The notes below the pieces were generated by a model that saw nothing but the letters and a program-made list of their open reading frames with translations, did no database searches and was not told where the DNA came from. Source: Bilabrum cf. latius (Eukaryota). Taken from it: 64,000 nt of DNA. This document shows, piece after piece, positions 49,425 to 64,000 of the stretch. Made by a program: the position numbers and the translations under genes. Positions within the stretch are counted from its first letter, which is position 1, and each line of letters opens with the position of its first letter. Location of the stretch: NCBI GenBank assembly GCA_965178125.1, contig OZ237750.1:124001-188000 (forward strand), in the 5' to 3' direction.

Positions 49425-52400
49425 ATGCCGGAAACAGTACTGAGCAGGCAGCAGAAAATGGCTGAGTACCAGGCGAAGCTTTAGGATATGAGGAGAGCGC
49501 ACAGACTCTCAACCGACATCGTAACGTCTGTCCGACAGAGGTACAAGGAGCCCAGAGGGTGGTTTTTGCGCCACTGCTCAGCAGATTCTGGTAAAATGAC
49601 TCAGGATGGATGGAGAATCGCTTTACAAGACCTGATTGGTGCGCGAGAGAGCGATGCCGCTTCTCTGTTCAGGCAAGGCACCAGCTCTACCGAAATGACC
49701 TGGCGATAGTTTCAGCGCTTCCTACATGCAGCAGAGCAGATGTCATCGACTAGTTTCCCCGGCTAGCTTCTTTCTGAGCAAGAGGTGAAGCGCAAGGCGG
49801 TTCTCAAGGATGACACTGAAACCAGCCTGCCAACTCGGGAGGCCGCGCAGCCCACATCAAAGCACGCCAAAGTTATGAGACTGCAGCGACAGCTTGTAGA
49901 TAGCTTTCTCAAAAGCGGATCGAAGGGAGCTGGCTCTGTTCGGCTGACATAGGCATTTCGGAGGATGGATTCGGACGCCTCTGGAGACGTTAGCCACGAT
50001 GAGATCAGATCATTTTTGGTAGGAGACAACGGTCTTGGGCTGCGGCTGGAAGACGACGTGATAGATGGTGTTTGGGAGGCGATGGACAGCCAGGCCAAGG
50101 GAAGCGTCTCGTTCCAAGATTTCATGGACGTCGTGCAGCCAGTGCGAGAGCTGCTGGACCGTGAATCCAAGGGCGACTCTGTCGTCGAGGACCAGCAAGT
50201 CGAGATGCTGGAGGCTATGGGCAGCGCATCAACCCCTAGGCTAGAGCGAACGTTCTGGAGAGTGGGGAGCGCAGAGCAAAAGGAGGGACACCAGGCGCTC
50301 GTGACCGTCGCGACCAAGGAGGGTAAGACTCGCACAGGCGCGCGCTCCCGCGTGCCTGGCGCTTCCCTATCGCAGGAAGAAACAAAGGAAGCACAGGAGC
50401 GCTGGAAACTATCCATGCCAGCTTCAAAGGAGAAAGCGAGGAGCCGACTCAGGGAGATAGTGTCGTACGGAGCCGGAGCAGTTGCTGGGAGCGAGACCCG
50501 AGAGGCGAGCGGCGCCAATGCTCAAGGTCGTCTGTCGCTGGCTGCGCATCCAGAAGAAAACCACCACTCTGCAAAGCATGCAGACGTGGTGGGGGCATCT
50601 AATGCGCACTTGAGGCGCGTTGCATCGCAGGCTATCTCCAACCAGTACTAGAAGAGGCTGTTGCTATTAGGCAAAGCAGCCACTGGGAGTGGTCCGGAAG
50701 GCCCCGGCCCTGCGGCCGCCACCGTTTCAAATCTAACCCAAGGAGAGGTGCAGCGGCAGTAGCAGTGGCAAGACAATCTGCAAAAGCAGACGGCCGCGGC
50801 CGTTGGTTCTGAAGCGGCGGCGAAGCACATGCAGGAAAAGAGGCGACATCTGGCTCCACCGAACGCGAGGATGCGGGCACTGGGGCACTCCTCCGAGGCG
50901 TTTGTCCCCCCTCCTTCGCGAGAGGGCGATCCCAGGCTTTTGGGGGCATCAATAATGCCTCCGAATGCATCCATGGCAGAATCCGCCGAGGTGCCTGTGC
51001 AGAGCAGGAGTCTGCTGCTTGGGAGCGTCCGAGTCGGACTGCAGCACGGTGGTGACCCGTCGGTTTCGGGCTCATCACGGGGGCTCAGGGACAGCGTCGG
51101 AAGGTTGGCACCGCTCGTGTTTCCCCCCAGTTCAACGAGCCGGACTGCCAGCGAGACAGGTCTCATGCAAGGCGCCGGAAACGGTGCTCACGCGAGCGCG
51201 GGGGATGCAGGTGCAGCAAGCTACTAGATCTAGCACAGCAAAAAGATGGTCGCCCGGCGGCGGGCCTCCTCCCGACCCGAGGGCCCCTCCAGCGGTGCCC
51301 TCCGCAACGCAGCGTGCGGCGGCCGGGCGATGCTGACCAAGGCGACCACCACCAGGACCCGCAGTACTTCGCACTCGTCACACCGACCGGGCCGGTTCGG
51401 TGTGGCGGGGCACCCGGACGCTGTCGTTCGCAAGCGGCCCCCATCTGCTGCCCTGCCCTCCTCCACCGCATCGTATGCATCCTGGAATGGCGGTTCATCC
51501 CACGAAGCAAGAGATGGAAACAGCTCACGCGGGATAGCCACGGCCCGATCGGCCCGATCCGACGGCACGGTGGCTGGATCTGCGTTGCGGCCCCTAGTGC
51601 GCGACACGTTGCGCGCGTCGATGCAGGGCCCTGCGGTGCAGCGATCGTCGCAGCCAGCGAGCCACAGCCCCTCGCACGCAATGTTTGGGGATTTCATGCC
51701 AGGGAACAACGACAACATGCCAGGGAACATCGACGCCATGAGGCTGGAAAGAAGCGCAAGGTCGGGACCCAGACCCAGTTCCAGCAGGCGAGACGCGTGG
51801 GTTGCAACCGGCGGCAGCCGCCTCCTCGGGAGCAACCGACCCATGGCCCGCACCGCTGCGGCCCGCATCATCGGAGGCAGGCGCGACTCGGAGTCTGTCA
51901 CCCGCCAACCGGTCCGAGGGTAGCCTGTGCCCCGCCCCATGCTCGGGAACGGCATCGCCATCGCAAGCCGACCCAATCGACGGGGGCGCGGTTCCCTGGC
52001 GCCAGGCGTGTCCGACTCTTTCTCTAGGCTGGCCATGGGGGACGTGGCAGAGTATGACGGCAAAGACGTGGCGCATTACAGGCTTGCGGGTGTGACGAGT
52101 GTGCTCGCCGGCCGCACGGCCAGGGACGCGGCGGAGGGAGCCAAGCCCCTCCACTGCACCTACCGCACGGAGTCGGGCGATGCGGCCGCGCTCGGGCTGC
52201 AGAGCCGTGCGGGCTTGCAGCACCAGGGTTTGGCGCACACCTTGGTGGGGGCCGCTGATGGCGGCGTGACGAGTGCGGGCCTCGGAGATAGGCGTGGGCG
52301 CACCCAGGGAACACATGCGGCAACGGGAGCGACGGGCATCGCCGTGCACGTGGATTCGGAGCGGAGGAGCAAGCAGATGAAGGGACGGACGCACAGGCAG

Positions 52401-52997
52401 CGCCTCCGCAGGGCACACGAGGATCTTATCCAGGCAGGCATCACGGCTAGAGAGGCAGCCCATCGGCTGGCTGACGTCCGCCGGGTGAGATCGATCGTGA
52501 GGCAGCGGCTCGACTATAGAAAGAGGGTGTTCGAGTCGGGCCAGATTGTCGTGCACGTGGTGCCGGCGGGCAGCGGGATGCGGGGCTTCGTGAGCCGCGA
52601 GGAGGTGGGCAAAGAGGCGGTCGAGACGCAGGACCGGTTGCTCCTCCGGGGGAACAAGCGGGCCGTGGGAGCCGCTAGCCGGCCGTTCGCAGCATTGAAC
52701 TCTGACCCAGAGACCGGCGGGGCAGGCGGGCCCATGGCTGGAAGCGTCAAAGCAGGCAGTGGGGCGCCCAGGCACCGGCCTCGATCCGTGCCTGCCACCC
52801 CTCACACCGCGGTGAGAAACGGCGCCATCGTTCCTGACGCGCAGCTGAGGCAGGCAACCATCCGAGAGAGGCTGCGTGCAGGGGAAGTAGCCACGCTGGA
52901 GGGGCAGGCGAGGCCGCTGGCGGCTCGCAACTTCCCCGTGTGTGATGCATCCATGTTCGTGAGTGACACCTTCGCGTGGTTTAGGCATGATGGGTAA
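49425..52997 (+). CDS. EF-hand protein with a long low-complexity C-terminal region
   Basis: EF-hand pair L T*AFRRMDSDASGDVSHDEI and MDSQAKGSVSFQDF. Five ORFs in one frame, joined by TAG at 49485, 49707, 49764, 49950, 50649, 50760, 51225, 51231 and 51921. Ends at TAA. Confidence 0.75.
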
Positions 52998-53511
52998 ACT
53001 TGGTGCGACGGCCGGCAGGGCGTACCGGAGATGTAGGTGAATAGATCTAGGGCAAAGACGCCGTGTGGTGGGCCCGGTCTGCTTGGTTTGGATCTGCTCG
53101 TGACGCATGCATTAAGATGCTGGAGTGATGGGCTGGTAAAATAAAATCGTTTGGCCTCTCGATTGTCATTATTTTCCCTGCGACACGGGGGCCCTGAGAC
53201 GCGCATAAGGTATACTGATTAGCGTTCGACGCTTCAGCACGCTACCGTACGCCCCACCGCACCCGTAGTGAAGTTGCCGTTGCGGCCTAGCTCGGGACGC
53301 GTGCCCTCAAACACAGTATCAGAGGCGGGCGGTAGACGGATGGCAGGAGAGCTTGAATGCGCTGCCGTCGCGGGAGTTGCGCTGGCGCTGAATCCTGCGC
53401 TGGCTGCGGATCATCTCGCAGAATCTTCTATTTATTCGACCCCGGACGGGCGTGTTTCGTTTGAGACTCAAGCCACGCTAGAACTAGCTGCCCTTTCCCA
53501 CTCTCCTTCTC

Positions 53512-56500
53512 TCAATTCTCCGACGCTGCCGCCATCCGGGCCGCCAGAGCCATGGCGGCCTGCCCCAGCGCGCCGCCTGCACCCCCGTGCAGTGCACCCG
53601 ACACAGCCCTCGCCAGCTCACCCAGCCCCGCGCCTTGTTCCCTGGCCGCCGCCCGCACCGCCACCACGTGCTCGTCCAGCTCCGATTGGTCCCCCACGTG
53701 AGGCATCGCATCCAGCGCCGCCACCTGCATCGAGCCCAGCCCCACCAGCCACTGCACCCGGCGAGCCGCCGTGGCCGCGGCCCACTCGTCACTCGCGTCG
53801 ATGCCCTGGAGCGCACTCGTCAGGTGCTGCACCAGGCACAGCGCGCCCAGCGGCTTCAGCGCACTCGCCGCACTGCGACACACTTCGCCGAGGAAAGCGC
53901 CCGCATCGGCAACATCGGTCCCGCTCGATCGCCTGGCCTGAGCCGCGCTCGCCAGGGCAGCAGCAACTCCGGCCGCGGTCGCAATTGCGCTCCCCACTTC
54001 AAGTAGGTCCATCACAGCAGCGTCCACCTCGGCCCCAGCGCCACCGTCAACGCCACCTGCGAGCCTGCCTTCGGCCGCTACCCGTCCCACGCTCTGCATG
54101 CGGCCCAGCAGCGCGGCATCAAGCGACTCGGAGCCGGGGAACAGCTGCAAGGACTCCATCAGCGAAGATAGACCCAGCTTGGCCACATCTCTATCCGACT
54201 AGCCAAGCCGTCCGACAGCAGCTGCAGCCCCATCGCCAGCCCCATCGCCAGCCCCACCCCCAGACCCATCGCCCGAACTAGCACTGGCACCGTCAGTGGC
54301 CGCGGCAGCAACAGGCCCGCTGCCCGCCGCACTCGTCACACCACCGGCGGCACTCACCACGGCTCGCGCTGCGTCCTGCCCCGCCCTCCGGATCGCCTCG
54401 CACGCCTCTTCCGCCGCACGTCGGATGGCCGCCACGCCCTCTCTGGAGGCCTGCTCCAGCCGACCCTCGGCGCCGCGCACCCCGGCGCTGACCCGGTCCT
54501 GCGCCGTGGAGCCTGCGCTCTTTAGATTGCCGGCTGCCTGCGCCGCGGATTGCTTGAGCTTCTTGCCGGCCTCCTGGGCGGCCCTCTGTATGGCCGCACT
54601 GGCCTGCTTGGACATCTCCGCCGCGGCCCCGCCCAGGCCCGGGACCAGCTGCTCCTCCACCACCTTGCGGAACATGTCCAGCGCGGCGCCGCGCACGGCC
54701 TCCTCCGCCCCGCGGCGGGCGCCCTCTTCCGCAGCGGCCGCCGACTCGGGCTCCCGCTCCGCCCCCGCCGCCAGCGCGCCCATCCGAGCCGCCAAGGCGA
54801 CGGCCTTGCCACCGTCCGTCCCGGCCGCCAGACCGGTTGCAATCGCCTGGGGAACAACGTCCCTCACGGCCGCCTGAATGGCTTCGGTGCTCACTGCGTG
54901 GCCCTGCGCGGACGCCCCGGCCCCGGCCCCAGCCCCGGCCCCAGCCCCAGCCCCTGCCCCAACACCAGCCGCAGCCATCTCGCTGATGGCAGCCTCCATG
55001 CGCTTCATCTGGTCCGCGATGGCCCTCTACTGCTGGTTGAGGCCCACCACGGCCTTGCCCAGCGCCTGCATCATCGTCCTGACCCTCGCACTCGCCTGCT
55101 CCTGCTGCCTCGCCACCGTCTCCGTGACTCGCATCTCCATGGCGGATAGCTGCCCGGGCAGCACGTCCAGCATCGACTCACGGACTGCGGTGAGCTGCTG
55201 CTCGCTCGCCACAGAGGCGGAGGAAGCGCTCCTCTGCATCTACGTGGGAACAGCTGCTCCCGTTGTTCCCTGGATCCCCGATTCCCCGCCTTCTTCCGCC
55301 TCCTCCTCTTCTCGCAGCCCTCTTGCCTGAGCAGCTCGCGATTCAGACCCCTGCTCAAGGCCGGTGCTGCCACCAGGCGCCGCTTTGCGCTTCGGTTTCT
55401 CGGAGGCACCTGCCCCGCTGGATGGGCCGTCGGGTGCCTGGGCGGGGGCACCAGGCCCAGCTCCGGTATTTCCATGTGACGAGTGCTTGAGCAGCGCGGA
55501 GGGAGACAGCGCGGCGTCGGTGGGCGCCTTGCGAGACGGCGTGAGCTGCTGCTAGGATTCGGAGCCATCCTGGTGTGACGAGTGCTCTTCACCGTCCTCG
55601 CTCTCGTCAGCGTCCGCGTCCTCTTCCCCATCGCCGTCTTCTTCCTCGTCAGCCCCATCCTACTCAGGTTGAGCACCCCCTGCACCTGCTCCTGCTCCTG
55701 CCCTTGCTCCTCCTGCAGCACCCGCACCCGCAGCAGAGTCCAGGTCCAGCGCCTCCCCCACGGATTCCAGAACCTGCACGCCGCGCACATCAGAGCTGCC
55801 ACCCGTCGCATCGGCGTCTGAACCGCCGGTACCCGCCCCGCCACCCGCCGCCTCTTCCGATTCCGAGTCGGACGGCACCAGGTGCCTCACGCGCGTCAGG
55901 CGGCAGGCACCCGCAGACAGCACAGCAACGTCGCCCGACGGCGCTGCCGGTTCCGCAGGCGCCGCGCAAATCAGGTCCCCGGACGCCTGTGGGTCGATCC
56001 TCACCGCTCGTTGCACAGCCGCCATGCCGGCGTGCTCCCCCCCGTCTTGTTGTTCCCCAGCGCCCCCACCTCCGATGAGCTTGGGCAGCGCGCACACCTG
56101 CAGCTGCACCACCGACTGCTGCTCCGCTGCTCCCCGCCTGCCCCCCGCCAGCAGAAGCACCCCCGGCTCGCCCGAACGACTGGCCGTCTGAGCAGACATG
56201 GTGTAGGACCTGTCGCTCTGATCCGATCCCGGTTGTTCCCTGGCGGGCGAGCCCACCACCACGACGGAACCGGGCACGGCCAGGCAGGTTTCGGGCTCCG
56301 GGGTGTCGAGCTTGGGCGGCACTACGATGACCAGCAGAACGGTTTCGTTGTTCCCCAGCCCCAGGGCCAGGGTCGCGGGCTGTGGCCGGGCGCCTCCCGC
56401 GGTTCCGCTGGACGCAGGTGTGACGAATGCGAGGCCCGCGGCGCCTTGGTGCAGTGTGAGGGGCTAGCTGTCCCTGACCCACTCGCTGAGGCGCCGCGCA

Positions 56501-58359
56501 GCGTCAGCCATAGGTTCCGCAGCGGCGCTGGGATCCATGCCTGTGGCTGCAGCCCGCAGCGACTCCACTGCTCCCCTCAGGTGGCTGGCCGCACCTGTTG
56601 GTGACCCGCTGGCCATGACCCACCTGGCCACGGGCAGGGCGGGGACAGAGGCAGGCACCTTGTCCAGGGGAGGAACCGCGAGAGGTTCCGTTCCGCGCGG
56701 CGCCGCGCCCACGTTGAGGACGTGGGTCTCCGACATGAAGGCAATCTCGGTTCCGCTGCCGTGCGCGGCGCCACCAGCGGGAGGGAGGCATAGCACGGCC
56801 GTACGAGCCGCGGCCAGCAGGTGCAGCCCAGACAACAACGGGTCCACAGCTCCCATGCGGTTGCAGCCGGGGGAACATGCAGAGCTTGCCAGACTCATGG
56901 CAACCGGCACGCCGACGCTCGCAGCCTCCGTCGTGACCTTGGGCATGGGCGGGAAGGGGAGGAAGCGCCAGGGCGCGGCGCCGGCTGCGGAACCTCCCTA
57001 CTCCGGGAAGGTCGCCGCCACGTCACCGCTGCGGTACTCGGCTCCCAGCGACGGGTCGATCCGCACGGGGTGCGGAACCTGGGCGCGCGGCGCCGCCGCC
57101 ATGCGGCCGTCGACGTGCAAGAGAAGCACGCCAGCGGCGGTTGCAACCGCAAGCATGGCCCGAGGCAGCCCCGCGGCGTGGCCCGCACTCGTCATCCAGT
57201 GCACCCTAGCGGCGCCGCGCATCGATAGCGGAACCTGCGCGTCCCCCGCCTCGTCCAGCGGCTCCGAATCGTCGTCGTCCTCCTCGGGACCGCCCGTCCC
57301 ACCAGAGGCCGTGCCCCTGCCGCCGCTGGCCCTTCCCGATTTGCTGCCCGTGCCGCCGCCGCCCTCCCCCCCCTCCGCCACCGCGCCGGCGCCGGTGCCC
57401 AGCCTGAAGGCGAGGATCTGCCTGGCCGCGGGGGCCGCGTGGGTCCTCGTGGGCGCCACGGCGAACACCCGGATTCTGATTCCGGATCCCTCTCCCATCC
57501 GGCCCGCGCTGACGGCCAGCAGCTGCAGGCACGCCGCCTCGTTCCCGGCCTTGTGCCCTACAAAGCACCTCGCGGCGGTCGCTGGCCTGACCCCCTTGAG
57601 GGGGGGGGACAGGCACAGGTCCTCGATCCTAGGCCCCCCCCTGCACTCCTGCAGGAGTGACGAGTGCTTGGCCGAGACGGCCGTGCTCGCCTCTGCCACT
57701 CGGACGTACTGGTGCGGGTGCTCGCCTTCCGGAGAGGCACCTGCTCCGGCCCCGCTGGTCGCAGATGCGCTCGCTCCGGCGGCCTCGATCGCGACTGCGA
57801 CCAGACTGCCAGCCCTCGAGACGAGCCTGCCCTGCGCCCTGCAGCCCGTTTTGCCTGCCGACGGATCCGCTGGCTGCGGCCGGCGCGGAATGAATTTCGT
57901 CTTGCACACGGTGCCCGACGTGGCCTCGCTCACAATTGGTGCAGAGTCGCTTCCCGACAGCGAAACAGCCTGGGCGACCACGGGTTTGCAGCCCGTCCCT
58001 GTCCTGGGCTACAGTGCGCTCATTGGAATCGCGCCCGGTGCTGTCATAACTACCGGTTGACCAGCTTGCAATGAGCCAGCTGTGCTGGGCAAGCCCCGGC
58101 CCGGCACACCTCCAGACTACAAAGGAGAGCTGGAGGACATGTGGCCCGCCTTTGCTGTTAGTGGTGACTTTGCTTTTAGTGCGGCAAGCATTGCAGACGG
58201 TTTTGCGGCTGCCGGCGCAGGTGAAGGTGGCAACATGCCGTGCTGCTGCGGTGCAGACGCCAAGTTCCCCTACATTCCGCCGTACGAATGGGATACGACT
58301 CCCCCATTCTGTGTCTACGGCTACTACGGATAAATTCCTGGAAATTGCGGCTGTGACAT
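53512..58359 (-). CDS. EDC4: EDC4/Ge-1/VARICOSE-like mRNA decapping scaffold
   Basis: Six ORFs in one frame, separated only by TAG. Q/P-rich N-terminus, degenerate beta-propeller-like region and coiled coil. The C-terminal ALCLVQHLTSAL...RRVQWL resembles the EDC4 C-terminal motif. Ends at TGA. Family call is by eye. Confidence 0.55.
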
Positions 58360-58634
58360 TACTCAGAGCTCCAGCTTGGTTGGATATAAGATTCTCGAAG
58401 GGTTGTTACGGAACTGATGTTGCGCGGCGCCTATTTGTCTGTAGGGTGCTGTTGGGCAAAAATCGCTTAAATGTGATTCCTGTGAATTTAATCAGATTCC
58501 TGCAAAATTCTGGTAGTGTGCTATATTATATTCAACGGCATCCCCCAAGGCTCATTAAGCATCAGCCCAGTTCAGGTCCTAACAGCCTAAGCTCGGCTCT
58601 TTTCAGCAACCAGAGAAAAGGATAACCAGTCAAC

Positions 58635-60399
<1,765 letters not shown>

Positions 60400-60598
60400 G
60401 CGCCGTGCCTTAGAGCGTGAGTCGCGACGGAGCGACGCTGGCTGACTGGTTAGTGTGTGCTCTTGCAAACAATAATGAGAATTCCATGAATTCAACACGC
60501 CGCTTAGCTATGGACGATGCCAAAATATTGTGACAGGACTAAACCTATCGTTATCAGTGACTATCCCCGGTCACACGTAGATCTTGAATCAGAGGGCA

Positions 60599-60841
60599 AT
60601 GGAGTTCTACATCAAAACTCTGACCGGTAAGACTATCGTTGTGTACCTGAGTTCTGATGATACCGTCTTGATGATGAAGCAGGCGATTGAAGAGCTGGAA
60701 GGGGTCCCGGTAGAACAGCAGCGCCTGATCTTTGCTGGAAAGCAGCTCGAGGACGACAAGAAGCTAAATGACTATAACGTGCAAAAGAGCTCTACATTGC
60801 ACCTCGTTCTACGCCTGCCTGTGTCTGATACGTCAACATGA
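60599..60841 (+). CDS. Ubiquitin-like protein lacking the C-terminal Gly-Gly
   Basis: [13 protein letters not shown]...[13 protein letters not shown]...[16 protein letters not shown], ends at TGA. Confidence 0.85.
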   Translation: MEFYIKTLTGKTIVVYLSSDDTVLMMKQAIEELEGVPVEQQRLIFAGKQLEDDKKLNDYNVQKSSTLHLVLRLPVSDTST

Positions 60842-61085
60842 TTAGTTGAGAATTTGACGTGAACGAGGGATTTATCAACTTAGATCGGCGCCAGTCATTA
60901 ATTGACAAGTCAAACAATGTGGTATATACATCAAAGCACGAGCTAGTCGGTACGCTGCATGAGGAGACGAGCGGTTCTCAATGTCGTTCTCGTGGTGTCC
61001 ATGGTGGCTTGGATGGATCGCTGATCGGTACTTTTGCATTAGCTGGCGGGAATCGCACCGGTCCGTTGCTTCAGCACAACCTAAG

Positions 61086-63946
61086 TCACTGCGGCTTGAG
61101 CATCGTAGGCGCAAGCCGCCGCTTCTTCTTCTTGGGCCCAGCCTTTGCCGGGATTGGCTTCGGCTTCGGAGGTGGCATGGTCGCTGCAGACGCCTCTGCG
61201 GCCTTGGCAGTGCCACCAGCCTCTGCCACGTGCTTCTGGATTGCCCCAGAGGCTGCCGCTACAGCACCTGACGATCCGGATGATGAAGAGGCCGAAGAGG
61301 CTGGCACGCCCGAGCCCGAGGCGCTGTCCATGGCCGCATTCAGCGATGCCACGGCCTATGCAGCCCCCGAGGCGCTCACAGTACTATGGGTGCTGGCAGC
61401 AGCAGACTCAGCCGCACCACATCCTCCACCACCACCTCCCGTTTCCTCCGCGGGCCGCTCCCTCTTCTGACCCGCAATCGCGCCCGGGGATCCCTTGGAT
61501 TTGGAGCCCGATGATTTCGCCTTTGCTTTCGCCTTGGCCTTGGCCGCCTTGCTCCGCCTCTCCCGCTCCGCCCTCTCCTCCTGCCTCGCCCTCTAGCTCT
61601 CCACCCTAAGCACGCGAGACAGCGGGCCCGGCAGGTCCGACACCTCGAGAGGTGCCCCCAGCGTGAGCTGCAGCGGCCCGGCATCGGCGCCGCGCGATCC
61701 AAGTTCCGCAAGCAGGCACAGGGTGACGTATCCATCCACGCTGGCGACCGCCAGCAGTCCACCGTCGGGCGCCCACGCAATGTCGCAAATCGTGTCGAGG
61801 TGGGTGCCGGCGATCCGGGCCACGGGTGAGGCTCTGTCGCTGACCCACACCTGCACCTCGGAGGCGGTTGCAACCGCCCAGGCCATCCGGTACGGCAGCG
61901 AAAAAGGAAGGCCGTCCCGCGTGCCGAAGCCGGGATCGGACCCGGGACTCGATCCGTCTGAATCGGCCGCCTTGAGGAGCGCGGGGCAGCACCGCACGAC
62001 CACAGCGGCAGAGGCGCTCCCCACGGGCAGCAGAACCGACGGGTCCTGCGACCCCGATTGCGGAACCGATTGCGCGGCGCCGGTGGCCGGCAGGAGGCTC
62101 CGTCGGTTGTAGACTGCAACCCCATACCTGTGCTGCTCCACGGGTGGAAGCGCGGGGCCCGACCCATCCATTTCTTTGGAAGCATTGCCCTTGCCCTTAT
62201 CCTTGCCCTCTCCCCCTGATGATGCCCCTGATGCTGCCGCCTGCTCCTGCCCTGTGGACCCGGAGCCCGAAGCAGCCGCGGCGGCAGATGCACCGGACAG
62301 CTCAGCCGCCGGGCACAGGAGGAGGGATGCGTCAGGGGAGAAGGACAGCCGCCGCACGAAGGAGCGGAGGGTGTCGTCGCAGAACAAACGGCGGGTAGCG
62401 GCTGGCTGCGACGATGATGAGGCTGATGATGATGAGGCTGATGATGACGATGGCCTGGTGCCCCCTGCTGGTGCGCCCCCGTGCGCCGCACCCGCGCCAA
62501 CCCCGATGGTGGACAGGCTGGCGATCTCACGCAGGATCCCCCGTCCCGAGTTGCCGGCCTCCGCGGCGCCTGCGGAACCATCCGGAGCCAAAAGTCGGCG
62601 GGAGGCCGCGGCAGCCGTGGCGGCGTGACTCGCCGCGGAGCTCGCGGGGGTATTCCCCCGGGTGGCACCCCCCGCGTAGGGGTCATTCACCTGGTACACC
62701 TTGACGGATCGATCGGCCCCCGCAGTGGCCAGCTGCCCCCCGCACGCCGAGAAGGTGACCCCCTGAAAGAACCCGCGGGACTCCCCGTGGCCCAGTTCCT
62801 TGATGAGGCCGTTGAGGGGCTGCTTCGGCTGCCGCCCCGGCTTGCGCGGCGCCTGGGCGGCCTGCCCCTGGCTCGCATCGAAAAGTGCACGCAACCCCTC
62901 TGCAGCTTTCGCGTCCGACGGAAGCTCTGCGGAACCCGGCGGCGCCGCGCGCACGAGCGCCTCAGCTGAGGTGGTTCCGGGTTGGGGCAGCGGAACCGGC
63001 CCCCAAACCGTTGCGCGGCGGTCGAGGCCGCACGCGGCGAGCAGGATGTGCTGGCTGGGCAGCGGGGGCACAGAGGAGATAGCTGAAGACGAAGAGGGTG
63101 CCGACGACCCCGCCCCCGCACTAGCGGCAGCCGCAGCCGCCGCGGCTGCAGCTGTCGCTTGCTAACCCGACCCTGACTAGTGCGCACCGCCCTCGTGTTC
63201 CCTGGTGCTCCGGATGGGCCCCCAGGCCAGGTCCACGAGCTCGTGACCCAGGGCTGCGGAACCTCCCCGGGCGCCGCGCACTCCCCCCACCCGGGGGCCC
63301 GCGGGCGCCTCTGGCTGCAGCCTCATGGTCAGGAGGCTCTCTGTGCCCTGCACGAACCTCCACCCGAAAGAATGGCCTCCGCCCCCGAGCCAGCCCAGCG
63401 CACCAGCCTAGCCGGCCTCTGACGATTTCTGCGCCTGGGCTGCCGAGGCGGCCGCGGCTCGCTCTCGCTGCTCGAGGGCGCGTCCCGGAGCGAGCACGCA
63501 CACGAAGCCGTCGTCGCCGGCAGAGGCGAGGTACCGGCCACATGGGCTCCACCTGCGAGAGCAACAACACATGCAGGCAAGAGGGTTGCGATTTGTTGTT
63601 GGTTGTGGTAGTCTTCGTGCAGCGAAGGTCGTGTCAGGTGGGCTCACCTGACTGCGTTGATTGCTGGCGGCCGTTGCCCCAATGTCAAATGAACTTTGCT
63701 AAGCTCGCAATGAAACCGAAGTCTGAGTGGAAACTGCTCTGGAGTCGCTGTCTTGAACGTGCCATCGGTCAATCTGGCGGCTGCCGCGCTATCCGTCGCC
63801 TCAGATTCTGCCTTCGTGGTACTGGCTACTCTCCACAGCAATATGCTGCTGTTGTCGCCGACCGTCGCTAACAATGGTATCCTAGGGTGAAAATCGAGGC
63901 CTCTGATAGGACCATTCGCTGCGTGAAATTGGTAAAACAAGCTCAT
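61086..63946 (-). CDS. CHAF1B: Chromatin assembly factor 1 p60 subunit (WD40); intron 63553-63647; may start upstream of the window edge
   Basis: Motifs LDFHP..LATVG, INAVRWSPCGRYLASAGDDG, LFCDDTLRSFVRRLSFSPD and FSLPYRMAWAVAT...DIAWAPDG..LAVASVDGY. The C-terminal KKKRRLAPTML B-domain-like motif lies after TAGs at 63408, 63177, 63162, 61593 and 61356. Ends at TGA. Confidence 0.85.
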
Positions 63947-64000
63947 CGGAACACGGATTGCACCGATCTATCGTTGAGTAGATGAATCCTTGTAGACTGT

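Overview
GC-rich, intron-poor eukaryotic nuclear DNA from a flagellated protist. It has GT-AG introns and an outer dynein arm docking gene; a bicosoecid-like stramenopile is my inference only. The ORF track is fragmented because this genome appears to use a non-standard nuclear genetic code. In 16 of 18 intact genes, consecutive ORF pieces share one frame and are separated only by TAG, while the genes end at TGA (14) or TAA (4). TAG is therefore a sense codon, most likely Gln. Re-translated this way, the window holds two ankyrin paralogs, CCDC151/ODAD3, CTR9, two MGCxxS-type paralogs, three unknown proteins, a PAN+GH79 heparanase-like enzyme, a Clu-domain protein with about 22 hypervariable 126-bp TPR repeats, an EGF-repeat surface protein, an EF-hand protein, an EDC4-like protein, a divergent alpha-tubulin, a ubiquitin-like protein lacking GG, and CAF-1 p60. 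There is also a truncated GH94-like pseudogene. At 33.5-41.0 kb a hAT DNA transposon with an intact transposase containing 11 TAG codons is interrupted by a non-autonomous split-direct-repeat (Ngaro-type) element filled with 85-bp and 160-bp tandem arrays. All family calls come from motif recognition by eye, not from database searches.
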